From the sequence record NC_049977.1: 32,000 bases of DNA; one strand, given 5' to 3'. The position numbers were made by a program, and so were the translations under genes. Positions 18,490 to 26,190 of this stretch are shown in pieces. Under the pieces are notes generated by a model. It was not told the origin of the DNA, made no database searches, and was given only the letters and a program-made list of their open reading frames with translations. Every line of letters starts with the position of its first letter. The stretch's first letter is position 1. Origin of the DNA: Bacteroides phage crAss001.

Positions 18490-19710
18490 TTAGTCTGCAA
18501 AGGTAATCAATTTAATCAACCTATGCAAATTCATCTTCCACTTTCTTACTCTGGCTTTTCTTATAGAGACATTCATGAAAGTATAATTAGTCCTTCTTCT
18601 AACAACTGTCTCAATGTACTCAAGACATCTTTCCAGTTCAGGCTTATTATTGGGTAGTGGAAGCTCAGTAAATGTACTCACTGCTCCATCAAAGAACAAT
18701 GGACATATTTGACCTCCTGCTCCATTATCTCTATCCTCAATAACTTGCATAAACCTTATATTGTTTTTAAATTTGGTAACATCATAACCTTCATATTCCC
18801 TTAGACCATACTTAAATGGACTATATAAACCAAGCACCAGATTTGCATCTCTGGTGGTAGTCTTACAATCTGCAAGACCATCTGATGAAGGCATCATCTT
18901 ATTCAACTTCTGATTCTCAATTCCTTCCTGAGCCTGAGCTTGATGCTGGATTGCAGTGATATTAAAATCAAACTGGTCTCTTTGAGTGATGAAATACTTA
19001 CTCATCTTCTCAATAGTCTGCATTTTATTCATACCACTTTCTGACATCAGATTTGAATAGTTATCCAAGATTACTTCTACATATTCATCCTTATCATCTG
19101 GTTCATAATAGTCTATGACATCCCTTTCCTCCTCAAGTCCAGCTTCATTCTTCATGATAACCTTCTTGAAGTGGAACTTTCCTCTACTCAAAGCAAAATT
19201 CCTACAATACTTGTTGATTCCTGTAGGATTTCTCTCAGAGTCAATATAGATTACAGTCTCCTTGAACTTCTGAATGTACGTTACATACCTTTCAGATGCA
19301 AGTAAGTCTAATATCTCCTGAGGAACTGGTCTATCAGCAGAAGTACTCTTTAAATCAGTTGGACTTATTCTTATTCTATCAAGCCTGAATAACAGGTGAC
19401 ATAAGAACTCATAGAACTTTTCTTCCTTACCCATTTCAAGGGTAAAATAGAGTATCTTCAACCTTAGTTGGTCAGGGTGCTCAATTGCATAGAAGAAGGG
19501 TTCATAAACAAGCATATAGTCAGCAAGTTTTGATTTACCAACCTTTTGATTTGCAGTAATAATGTTATACCTTCTTTTCTCTATTCCGGGGAGCCACACT
19601 CTTAATCTTGGGAAAGACAATGGAATACAATTTATCTTGCCATCCAATATCCTCTGCCTTCGGAGTATTAACTTCTCCAGTGCCCTATCAAATGAATCCT
19701 TCTCTTCCAT
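18490..19710 (-). CDS. DnaB-like replicative helicase / RecA-fold ATPase
   Basis: YNIITANQKVGKSKLADYML Walker A, KILYFTLEMGKEEKFYEFL, followed by a Gln/His loop FNITAIQHQAQAQ. Confidence 0.8.
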   Translation of the reverse strand: MEEKDSFDRALEKLILRRQRILDGKINCIPLSFPRLRVWLPGIEKRRYNIITANQKVGKSKLADYMLVYEPFFYAIEHPDQLRLKILYFTLEMGKEEKFYEFLCHLLFRLDRIRISPTDLKSTSADRPVPQEILDLLASERYVTYIQKFKETVIYIDSERNPTGINKYCRNFALSRGKFHFKKVIMKNEAGLEEERDVIDYYEPDDKDEYVEVILDNYSNLMSESGMNKMQTIEKMSKYFITQRDQFDFNITAIQHQAQAQEGIENQKLNKMMPSSDGLADCKTTTRDANLVLGLYSPFKYGLREYEGYDVTKFKNNIRFMQVIEDRDNGAGGQICPLFFDGAVSTFTELPLPNNKPELERCLEYIETVVRRRTNYTFMNVSIRKARVRKWKMNLHRLIKLITFAD

Positions 19711-19713
19711 AGC

Positions 19714-20331
19714 TTAAACCAATGTAGTTGTCCAATTATCAGTGAGGTCACTTTCCTGACCAGCATTTTCAATGTAGTTAGCCAGTTCTGAGATAGGTAC
19801 TTTAGTACCATCCTTTACCTCTTCTTTCCAAATGAAATATTGAAGCAATCTCATGAACTTATACTCCCCATTGAAGCCAGAAACATAGGCTTGAGTTGCA
19901 TTGATGATTTGCTCATCAGTGTAATCATTCCCATACTTCTTAAAGAAAGTCTGTAACTTCCTTTTAATGTCAGTTTTATTTCCTCTCCAATACTGATTGT
20001 TAAAGTTCTTTCCTTCTGGATAAATGGATTGAAGTTGAGGTACTAATGCTTCAATTCTTTGATTGAAGTCATCAGTCCCCACAGACTTATCAGAGTCAAG
20101 AATGATATTATTGACCACATTATTTCCCATAGAAGTTACAAATAACCCTACAGGAAGATGTGTTTCCCTATCATAACTTGTACTAATAAGTCCTTTTTTC
20201 TTCAACTCACTTTCAGCAGCATTGAAATCTACATTGTTTTGAATAGCTATCATAAGTAAGACCTCTCCAAGAGAAACCCCACTCTTCTTAATAACCTTGT
20301 CATTCAATGAGATTGTCATACTACTATCCAA
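19714..20331 (-). CDS. hypothetical protein
   Basis: Long ORF in operon context. Confidence 0.65.
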   Translation of the reverse strand: MDSSMTISLNDKVIKKSGVSLGEVLLMIAIQNNVDFNAAESELKKKGLISTSYDRETHLPVGLFVTSMGNNVVNNIILDSDKSVGTDDFNQRIEALVPQLQSIYPEGKNFNNQYWRGNKTDIKRKLQTFFKKYGNDYTDEQIINATQAYVSGFNGEYKFMRLLQYFIWKEEVKDGTKVPISELANYIENAGQESDLTDNWTTTLV

Positions 20332-20725
20332 TCAGCAATTCAACATGAGCTTCTTCAACTTTCACAGTCTGTTCACAAGCCTCCACAGATTCATTCACAA
20401 GTGCAGCACAGTTCAAGAAATATTTCTCAATTTCTTTGTAAACTTTTGCAGCAGTAGCAAATGCTTTACCTTTTGCTCTGGATTCTGCAATCCTCTTACC
20501 TGCTTCTTCATTGAAGGCATCTTCTTCATTGCATCTTGCAATAGCCCTTACTTTGAATGTACCATTCATTCCTACAAGTGGAAGATTAGCCCACATATTA
20601 GGATAAATATCATTCCATGCAGGGTGCTTAGACAACTGCATATCACATTCCAGAACACAAACCACTACCTTCTTTTCAGGATTTACAATGTAGTTTGCTT
20701 TAGTAATTTTAACTCTGTTTCTCAT
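20324..20725 (-). CDS. hypothetical protein
   Basis: ORF overlapping both neighbours. Confidence 0.65.
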   Translation of the reverse strand: MRNRVKITKANYIVNPEKKVVVCVLECDMQLSKHPAWNDIYPNMWANLPLVGMNGTFKVRAIARCNEEDAFNEEAGKRIAESRAKGKAFATAAKVYKEIEKYFLNCAALVNESVEACEQTVKVEEAHVELLIG

Positions 20726-21897
20726 ACTTTTATTTCATTTAAATTTGTTTTCACAACCAGCTCTGGATTATAATCCTCAAGCATCTTTTCAACTAACTCC
20801 TCTTCCCTTGTACCACTAAAGTAAGGGATAATAATGATGGGGTCTTTGTGCCTGAGTATTCTACCCAATCTTTGTTTGATGATAATATCACTGCTGTTTA
20901 GATTAGCATATAAACCAACTCTGCAATCTACAAGGTTCATACCTTCATTCAACATATTACATGCTGTAATGTGGTCCAACTCCTTATGATTAAACATATC
21001 AAGTACCATAGAGGATTCTTTGTTCTTACTGTTAATACAGTTTTCCCCTAATATTTCTGTTTGCTCAATAGAGCTACAGAATGTAAGTACCCTCTCTAAT
21101 TTCAGCTTCTCCAGAAGAGATAAGATAATAGGGTTCTTTAATTGTGAAAGGAATTTGAGCCTTTGACCTGCAAGGAATAACCATTTTGTCTTTACTCCTT
21201 CATTTCTTGTTCTCATGTATTGCCTCTTCCAGAACTCTATCTTGCTTCCTAACTCTATCACATACTGTAATTCAGTACACTTAATATGCACCTGAATAGA
21301 TTTATCCCTTAAGTAAGACCATCTATCTTTATATAGACACTCTTTGATAATCTTAGCTTTAGGATGTTCAATTATAGTATGTACAGCATGTGTATTATCA
21401 AGTTCAAGAGGAATAAGGAACACTCTTGGGTCAGGAAGGATTTCATTGTCTATAGCCTCCTTCATCTTCACTGTATAACATTGAAAATCAGGAAACAACT
21501 GACTTAGTTCCCACTTCATATCTCTGGTTACTGTAGCTGAAAGCATGATAGAATGATGTATTTTCATTGTAGATACAAATTCTCTACATCTTTCTGACAT
21601 GTGTTGCACTTCATCAAAGATTACACAATCCCATTCTTCCTCTACATGTTTATTCAATCCCACATAAGTACTGAATTGTACTCTTTCAAGCCAAGGTTCA
21701 AGTCCCCATTTGATAAACTCCTCTTTCCAGTTATTTATCAAGACTAATCTTGGTATTACTATAAGTATGCTACTGGGATTATCCCTTAAAGCCAAATCAA
21801 TACCTATCTTAGATTTACCAAAGGAAGTAGGTAACTCACAGAGTATAGAATTACTCTTTATATTCATTATCTCTTCCTGAGCCTGTTCTCTATTCAT
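20722..21897 (-). CDS. superfamily II DNA/RNA helicase
   Basis: ELPTSFGKSKIGIDLAL (motif I), CVIFDEVQHM (II), LSATVTRD (III), VLTFCSSIEQTE (IV), IIKQRLGRILRHKDP (VI). Confidence 0.9.
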   Translation of the reverse strand: MNREQAQEEIMNIKSNSILCELPTSFGKSKIGIDLALRDNPSSILIVIPRLVLINNWKEEFIKWGLEPWLERVQFSTYVGLNKHVEEEWDCVIFDEVQHMSERCREFVSTMKIHHSIMLSATVTRDMKWELSQLFPDFQCYTVKMKEAIDNEILPDPRVFLIPLELDNTHAVHTIIEHPKAKIIKECLYKDRWSYLRDKSIQVHIKCTELQYVIELGSKIEFWKRQYMRTRNEGVKTKWLFLAGQRLKFLSQLKNPIILSLLEKLKLERVLTFCSSIEQTEILGENCINSKNKESSMVLDMFNHKELDHITACNMLNEGMNLVDCRVGLYANLNSSDIIIKQRLGRILRHKDPIIIIPYFSGTREEELVEKMLEDYNPELVVKTNLNEIKV

Positions 21898-22363
21898 ATC
21901 TCTTTACTATATTCTTTAGTTTTTCTACATATTGCGGGTCTTCCGCATAACCTATTTTAATCAAAAATTGATAGTAATCATCCGGGGGTTTGTATCTATA
22001 TTGTATGTAATTGAGATAGGCAACCACACTCTCACTCCAATGGTCAAACTTATAATAGTCTTTCTTATAACTATTATAGAGTCCAAACAAATTATTGTAC
22101 TCTTTGCAGACCTTAGACCTGAAATGACCTGTCTCAAGGATAGCCTGAGCATATACAATGTTCTTATGTTTAACATTATAATACTCTAAAGCCTCCATAA
22201 GATAATCATCAGGAGCTTCTGATAGTAAGAACTCTGGTTGTTCCAATCTCAACACATCCACCTTTACAGGTTCCTTGTGCTCCTCTTGATAGTCTATATA
22301 GTATAAACCATACAGACCACCAATTAGTAAGAGCATAAGGATATTATATACCCTTTGTTTCAT
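21890..22363 (-). CDS. membrane-anchored glucosaminidase-type peptidoglycan hydrolase (putative)
   Basis: N-terminal TM, then VYAQAILETGHFRSKVCKEYNNLFGLYNS ... FDHWSESVVAYLNYI, glucosaminidase signature region. Confidence 0.75.
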   Translation of the reverse strand: MKQRVYNILMLLLIGGLYGLYYIDYQEEHKEPVKVDVLRLEQPEFLLSEAPDDYLMEALEYYNVKHKNIVYAQAILETGHFRSKVCKEYNNLFGLYNSYKKDYYKFDHWSESVVAYLNYIQYRYKPPDDYYQFLIKIGYAEDPQYVEKLKNIVKRYE

Positions 22364-22372
22364 AAATATTTG

Positions 22373-22699
22373 TTATACTTTAATATTCAAGAAGTTTATA
22401 ATTGCTAAAACAGCCCTACCTACATAGGTCTTCCCTTGAAGTCTAAAGGTATATTTAACAAGCCATTGTTCAGGAGTAGTATTATATAGTATAACATACC
22501 ATACAACAAAGCCTATAAATGCCATAATGTTGATAAGGGGAATTAGCTCAACAAGCAAAAGAACACAAAGCATCCACAGAGGGATTTCTATATCATGCTC
22601 TTCTGAACCCTTCATGCCATTATACATTATGACATGAGTATCTTTCATAATCCCCACCATAATAATAGTGAGGATTATTCCAATTAAAGACCAAATCAT
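22373..22699 (-). CDS. multi-TM hypothetical protein
   Basis: At least three hydrophobic segments. Confidence 0.65.
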   Translation of the reverse strand: MIWSLIGIILTIIMVGIMKDTHVIMYNGMKGSEEHDIEIPLWMLCVLLLVELIPLINIMAFIGFVVWYVILYNTTPEQWLVKYTFRLQGKTYVGRAVLAIINFLNIKV

Positions 22700-22701
22700 A
22701 A

Positions 22702-23919
22702 TTACTTCTTATCAAAAGACTTAGTTATGTCCATCAACATCTTAAGACCCACAGCATCCATAGCATTATTTCCAGAACCATTTCCTCCAAACATTACAGA
22801 TGGAACCCATTGTACCTTAGAATTAGCAAGTGCTTCTGCAACACCTACAGCAGTCTTATAATCCCATTCAGCCTTTTCTGCGGGAGTTAAACCTGCTGCA
22901 ACCAATGCTCTGTTAGCTGCTGCCTTAGCTTCACCTTCTGCCTGAACTTTAAGAGCAACTTGTTTAGCTTTCTTAGCTTCAAGTTCTGCTACTTCAAACT
23001 CCTGTTGTGCTTTAGTTACAGCTACAGCTTTCTCTTTCTCCTGTTCCCACTTAGCTTTCTCAGCAGTTGCCTTACCATCTTCTGTAATCTGAATAGTCCT
23101 TTGAACTGCCTCAAGTGATTTAGTCTTAGAAGTGATAATTGCTAAGTTAGCTTGCTTCTGTGCATCAATTTGTGACTGAGTTGCAGCATCATATTTAATA
23201 TCTATGATACTAACCAGACCACAAGTTACACCATATTGTGAGAAAGGTGAGTTCTCCTGTCTTTTATAACCACCCGGAGAATTACCATCAGCTATAATCT
23301 CAGACTGTGCTCTTACTTCCTCTTCACCTGTGATGTCATTAATAACCTTAGTCTTTAATACTCTGGTCTTATACACACCATTATTCAACTGGTCTGTAAT
23401 ATAGGCAATAAGGTCAGTCCTTGTTTCTGATACTGATTCCAATGAGGACATAAGAGGACCACAAGAAGTTACAACTTTATACAGTGTAGGTTTAACCAAG
23501 TTAGCTATTAATGCTTCCTCAGAACCAAAGTCTGTTTGTATCTTCTCCATATTCTTGGCATCATTAGGCATCACTACCCTGAATGAACCAACAATGAAAC
23601 CTCTACCTTTGTCATTGAATGTAAGTGCTGCTGCTGGATTACTTCCTGCTGCTACATAACCATCTTCATTCTTCTCAAGACCAGTGAACTCTATCTGTGA
23701 AGTCTTTGAATAACTTCTCACAGTACCAAGCCCCTGCCATTGCAATCCACCATCAGTCCAGACTACATAATTACCTGTTACAGGCATCTGACATACATAG
23801 TTCTTTGACTTGTCTGCATCTTCCCATAAAGCCCCTGCCATTGCAATCACAAGAACTGCAACAACAGCAATAATAATACCAAGGATTTTCCCTTTGTTAA
23901 TTGGTTTTTGATTTGCCAT
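22702..23919 (-). CDS. SPFH/band-7 (prohibitin-like) membrane protein
   Basis: N-terminal TM; VVMPNDAKNMEKIQTDFGSEEALIANLVKPTLYKVVTSCGPLMSSLESVSETRTDLIAYITDQL; long A/E/K coiled coil AEKAKWEQEKEKAVAVTKAQQEFEVAELEAKKAKQVALKVQAEGEAKAAANRALVAAGLTPAEKAEWDYKTAVGVAEAL. Confidence 0.85.
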   Translation of the reverse strand: MANQKPINKGKILGIIIAVVAVLVIAMAGALWEDADKSKNYVCQMPVTGNYVVWTDGGLQWQGLGTVRSYSKTSQIEFTGLEKNEDGYVAAGSNPAAALTFNDKGRGFIVGSFRVVMPNDAKNMEKIQTDFGSEEALIANLVKPTLYKVVTSCGPLMSSLESVSETRTDLIAYITDQLNNGVYKTRVLKTKVINDITGEEEVRAQSEIIADGNSPGGYKRQENSPFSQYGVTCGLVSIIDIKYDAATQSQIDAQKQANLAIITSKTKSLEAVQRTIQITEDGKATAEKAKWEQEKEKAVAVTKAQQEFEVAELEAKKAKQVALKVQAEGEAKAAANRALVAAGLTPAEKAEWDYKTAVGVAEALANSKVQWVPSVMFGGNGSGNNAMDAVGLKMLMDITKSFDKK

Positions 23920-23938
23920 CTTTTCTCTTTTTTTAATG

Positions 23939-24172
23939 TTAGTTTTTCTTTTTTACTTGTTTCTTCTCTTCCTGAGACACCATCCAGTAGTAGAATGGAA
24001 TACACAGAAATGAGAATTTGATTTCTCTGTTTGTTATTTTCCACTTGCCAAATAATTGTCCTATCACCATTACATAGTATATAACAGCAAGAACAACAAA
24101 TGCAGCAAGTAATACTCTTGCATAAATCATGATTTTCTTTTTTTTTTTAGTTATTCCTACCTCATTATCCAT
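23939..24172 (-). CDS. small membrane protein
   Basis: ORF with two hydrophobic segments. Confidence 0.55.
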   Translation of the reverse strand: MDNEVGITKKKKKIMIYARVLLAAFVVLAVIYYVMVIGQLFGKWKITNREIKFSFLCIPFYYWMVSQEEKKQVKKKN

Positions 24173-24324
24173 GATAAGTACTTGAGAGGATAGCCTATAG
24201 GTGCATGAGTTCCTTCAAAGGAATTAAGTTTCTTCCTTGGAAACTTGGTTCTATACTTATACCTTCTCCAATATCTGGCACAATGCCCCCACTTCTTCTT
24301 AGTTAAAACCCTTCCTTTACTCAT
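24157..24324 (-). CDS. small basic protein, 55 aa (MSKGRVLTKKKWGHCARYWRRYKYRTKFPRKKLNSFEGTHAPIGYPLKYLSWIMR)
   Basis: Hand-translated; absent from the ORF track because it is short. Start codon overlaps the stop of the next ORF as ATGA. Confidence 0.5.
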   Translation of the reverse strand: MSKGRVLTKKKWGHCARYWRRYKYRTKFPRKKLNSFEGTHAPIGYPLKYLSWIMR

Positions 24325-24491
24325 ATTTCCAATAGTTTTATGTAAGTTCTTCCACCATCCTTATCATACCATAGCAATAGTATATACTTGTCATAGCTTG
24401 TGATTAAATCAAAATAAGGGTGATACCTAACAAAAGTTCTTATTAGTAAGATAATACCAAACAATCCTACTATAATTGATACAAATAACAT
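24321..24491 (-). CDS. small single-TM protein, 56 aa (MLFVSIIVGLFGIILLIRTFVRYHPYFDLITSYDKYILLLWYDKDGGRTYIKLLEI)
   Basis: Hand-translated; TM segment, ATGA overlap with the downstream small ORF. Confidence 0.5.
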   Translation of the reverse strand: MLFVSIIVGLFGIILLIRTFVRYHPYFDLITSYDKYILLLWYDKDGGRTYIKLLEI

Positions 24492-24512
24492 ACTACCTAC
24501 ACTATAAATGAT

Positions 24513-24890
24513 TTAATTATCCAATACAACATAGGTGAAACTTACCCCACCAAGCTCTTCCACAATCCTTTTGAGATGTGCTTCAAGCCTCTGTTTCTTA
24601 GTAAGTCTTTCCCAATCTTTTGCTTTCACAAAGTAAGGAGCTTCTTTTCCTGTCATGTAGTCATAAGCATCCATACTAAGATTGAGTGATTGACCAGCAG
24701 GTTTATACTTTCTGGTCTTCACAGTAATGGTTTCAGCATCTTTCTTACCATCCTTAAGACCTTCTACTCTCATATTGAAAGTGTCATAACCTGTGCCTAC
24801 TTTTTCTTTCTCAAGAGCTTTAGCCTGCTCTTGGCTATACATAACTCCTCCTTGAAGAATTATGGATAGGCTTACTTTAACATCATTCAT
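24513..24890 (-). CDS. hypothetical protein
   Basis: ORF in operon context. Confidence 0.65.
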   Translation of the reverse strand: MNDVKVSLSIILQGGVMYSQEQAKALEKEKVGTGYDTFNMRVEGLKDGKKDAETITVKTRKYKPAGQSLNLSMDAYDYMTGKEAPYFVKAKDWERLTKKQRLEAHLKRIVEELGGVSFTYVVLDN

Positions 24891-24904
24891 TCTTTATATT
24901 CAAA

Positions 24905-25300
24905 TTAATCTTTATCCCTAAGCATAGCTCCCATAAGAAGCATACCCAACATGGCTTCTGGACCTTCACCTGCCAAATTCTTAGTTGCAAGAGCAAGTAC
25001 CATTTCCTTTTGCTTTTCTGCAATGAATTTCTGCAAGTCCATAGGCAGAGTACCAAGTAGGTAAGTAATTACAATAGCCTTACTTTGGTCATCTTTTAGT
25101 TTGCTTAACTCAATTAGGCAGTTATCCAACACATCTTCTGCATCAGTATCACCTGTCTTTTTACCAAGGTCAATTACCCCTTCCCTCAAATCATCCATTA
25201 CTTCTTTAGGAAGTGGTTTGTCAAGACCTAATTTTTCTCTCATGTTTTCTGCGAAGCTCTCAGCTCCACTCTTTTCATTTTTCATTGTTTTTTTTTTTTT
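24905..25300 (-). CDS. hypothetical protein; probable start near MKNEKSGAESFAENM rather than the upstream start in the track (end coordinate approximate)
   Basis: ORF; the N-terminal MHILVIIKICFTKKKK is the translation of an A-tract leader, and the Met after the poly(A) tract fits the leader pattern of other genes here. Confidence 0.55.
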   Translation of the reverse strand, partial: KKKKTMKNEKSGAESFAENMREKLGLDKPLPKEVMDDLREGVIDLGKKTGDTDAEDVLDNCLIELSKLKDDQSKAIVITYLLGTLPMDLQKFIAEKQKEMVLALATKNLAGEGPEAMLGMLLMGAMLRDKD

Positions 25301-25330
25301 AGTAAAACATATCTTAATTATCACAAGAAT

Positions 25331-25375
25331 GTGCATAAAAAGAAAAGGCTACCAGTACTTAAACTGATAGCCTTT
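25331..25375 (-). terminator. intrinsic terminator ending the ncRNA region
   Basis: Minus strand AAAGGCTATCAGT-TTAAGT-ACTGGTAGCCTTT followed by TCTTTTT. Confidence 0.7.
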
Positions 25376-25489
25376 AAAAGATAGAATATTCTACAACACC
25401 TTTGAAATTGTTGCCCCTAAGGGCATAAGTTGATTTAAAAAATCTACTCCTTTCTTACTCTAATTTACTTTTAATTTTTATATATAATA

Positions 25490-25514
25490 TTGAAGTAAGT
25501 GTTGTATATCACTA
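25490..25514 (-). repeat. copy 1 of ~24-nt motif (minus: TAGTGATATACAACACTTACTTCAA)
   Basis: Plus strand TTGAAGTAAGTGTTGTATATCACTA; shares TTGAAGTAA ... CACTA with the other copies. Confidence 0.6.
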
Positions 25515-25524
25515 ATCTTTGTGT

Positions 25525-25662
25525 GGGGATGGTTGGACTCGAACCAACATAAGATTATTCCCTAAATAATTGTGTAAACCTTGAAGTAACTCTTATAATA
25601 CACTACCCCTTCGGGAGAACACTCATAAGAGGATAAAACTTGCTTTATTTCACCACATCCCC
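25525..25662 (-). ncRNA. tRNA-like ncRNA with expanded internal insert (candidate Y RNA-type partner of the Ro60-like protein)
   Basis: Acceptor GGGGATG/CATCCCC 7/7 bp; T arm GTTGG-TTCGAGT-CCAAC; D-arm region TGGTGAAATAAAGC; hairpins ATTATT-TAGGG-AATAAT and CTCTTAT...ATAAGAG; 138 nt in total. Confidence 0.6.
25581..25605 (-). repeat. copy 2 of ~24-nt motif, inside tRNA-like RNA
   Basis: Plus strand TTGAAGTAACTCTTATAATACACTA. Confidence 0.8.
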
Positions 25663-25774
25663 ATTTTAAATGGTAGCTTGCCTACCAGCAAATGAACAAA
25701 ACCTTTATTGCATCTCCAGAATGAGCTTACTCAAACCTTACATGGGCATCTTGTATCATTATAATTTCCATCGT

Positions 25775-25917
25775 GGAGGGAATTGGACTTGAACCAATGA
25801 CCCGTAGCTTTCAACATGCTTTTGAAGTAACTCTATTCTACACCAACACATTACTGTGGAACATTGAACAAAGTGTAATTTTCATTTATACTGCTCTACC
25901 AACTGAGCTATCCCTCC
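25775..25917 (-). ncRNA. tRNA-like ncRNA with expanded anticodon-region insert (candidate Y RNA-type partner of the Ro60-like protein)
   Basis: Acceptor GGAGGGA/TCCCTCC 7/7; D arm GCTC-AGTTGGTA-GAGC; T arm ATTGG-TTCAAGT-CCAAT; 143 nt; no normal 17-nt anticodon arm. Confidence 0.65.
25822..25845 (-). repeat. copy 3 of ~24-nt motif, inside tRNA-like RNA
   Basis: Plus strand TTGAAGTAACTCTATTCTACACCA. Confidence 0.8.
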
Positions 25918-25969
25918 GAAATATGCCATAGAACATTTAACAGATTATCGTAGATAATTTAGAAGATTA

Positions 25970-25993
25970 TTGATGTAAATCTGTAATACACTA
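25970..25993 (-). repeat. copy 4 (degenerate) of ~24-nt motif
   Basis: Plus strand TTGATGTAAATCTGTAATACACTA. Confidence 0.6.
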
Positions 25994-26063
25994 ATGGCAT
26001 TATAAGTTAATGTTGTAAGAACAACTAACAGACTATTTTTGGTAAACTATATCTATATTAGTT

Positions 26064-26087
26064 TTGAAGTAAGTCTATTATACACTA
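26064..26087 (-). repeat. copy 5 of ~24-nt motif
   Basis: Plus strand TTGAAGTAAGTCTATTATACACTA. Confidence 0.8.
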
Positions 26088-26190
26088 TACAACATTATAT
26101 TTTTATAAAAGAGTGAGTGTATTATTGCACCGGTTATACTATTTTCTCCTTGCTACATTCTCACTTGGACCTGCTTCCCTCACTCTTTAT

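Noticed and set aside
25525-25917. Group I or II self-splicing introns in the two expanded tRNA-like RNAs
   Set aside because: Inserts are only ~65-70 nt beyond a normal tRNA, far below the size of a catalytic core, and no domain V-like or P3-P7 core is visible.
25490-26087. CRISPR array interpretation of the ~24-nt repeated motif
   Set aside because: Spacing is irregular (about 67 to 240 nt), copies are degenerate, and two lie within tRNA-like folds; no cas genes in the window.
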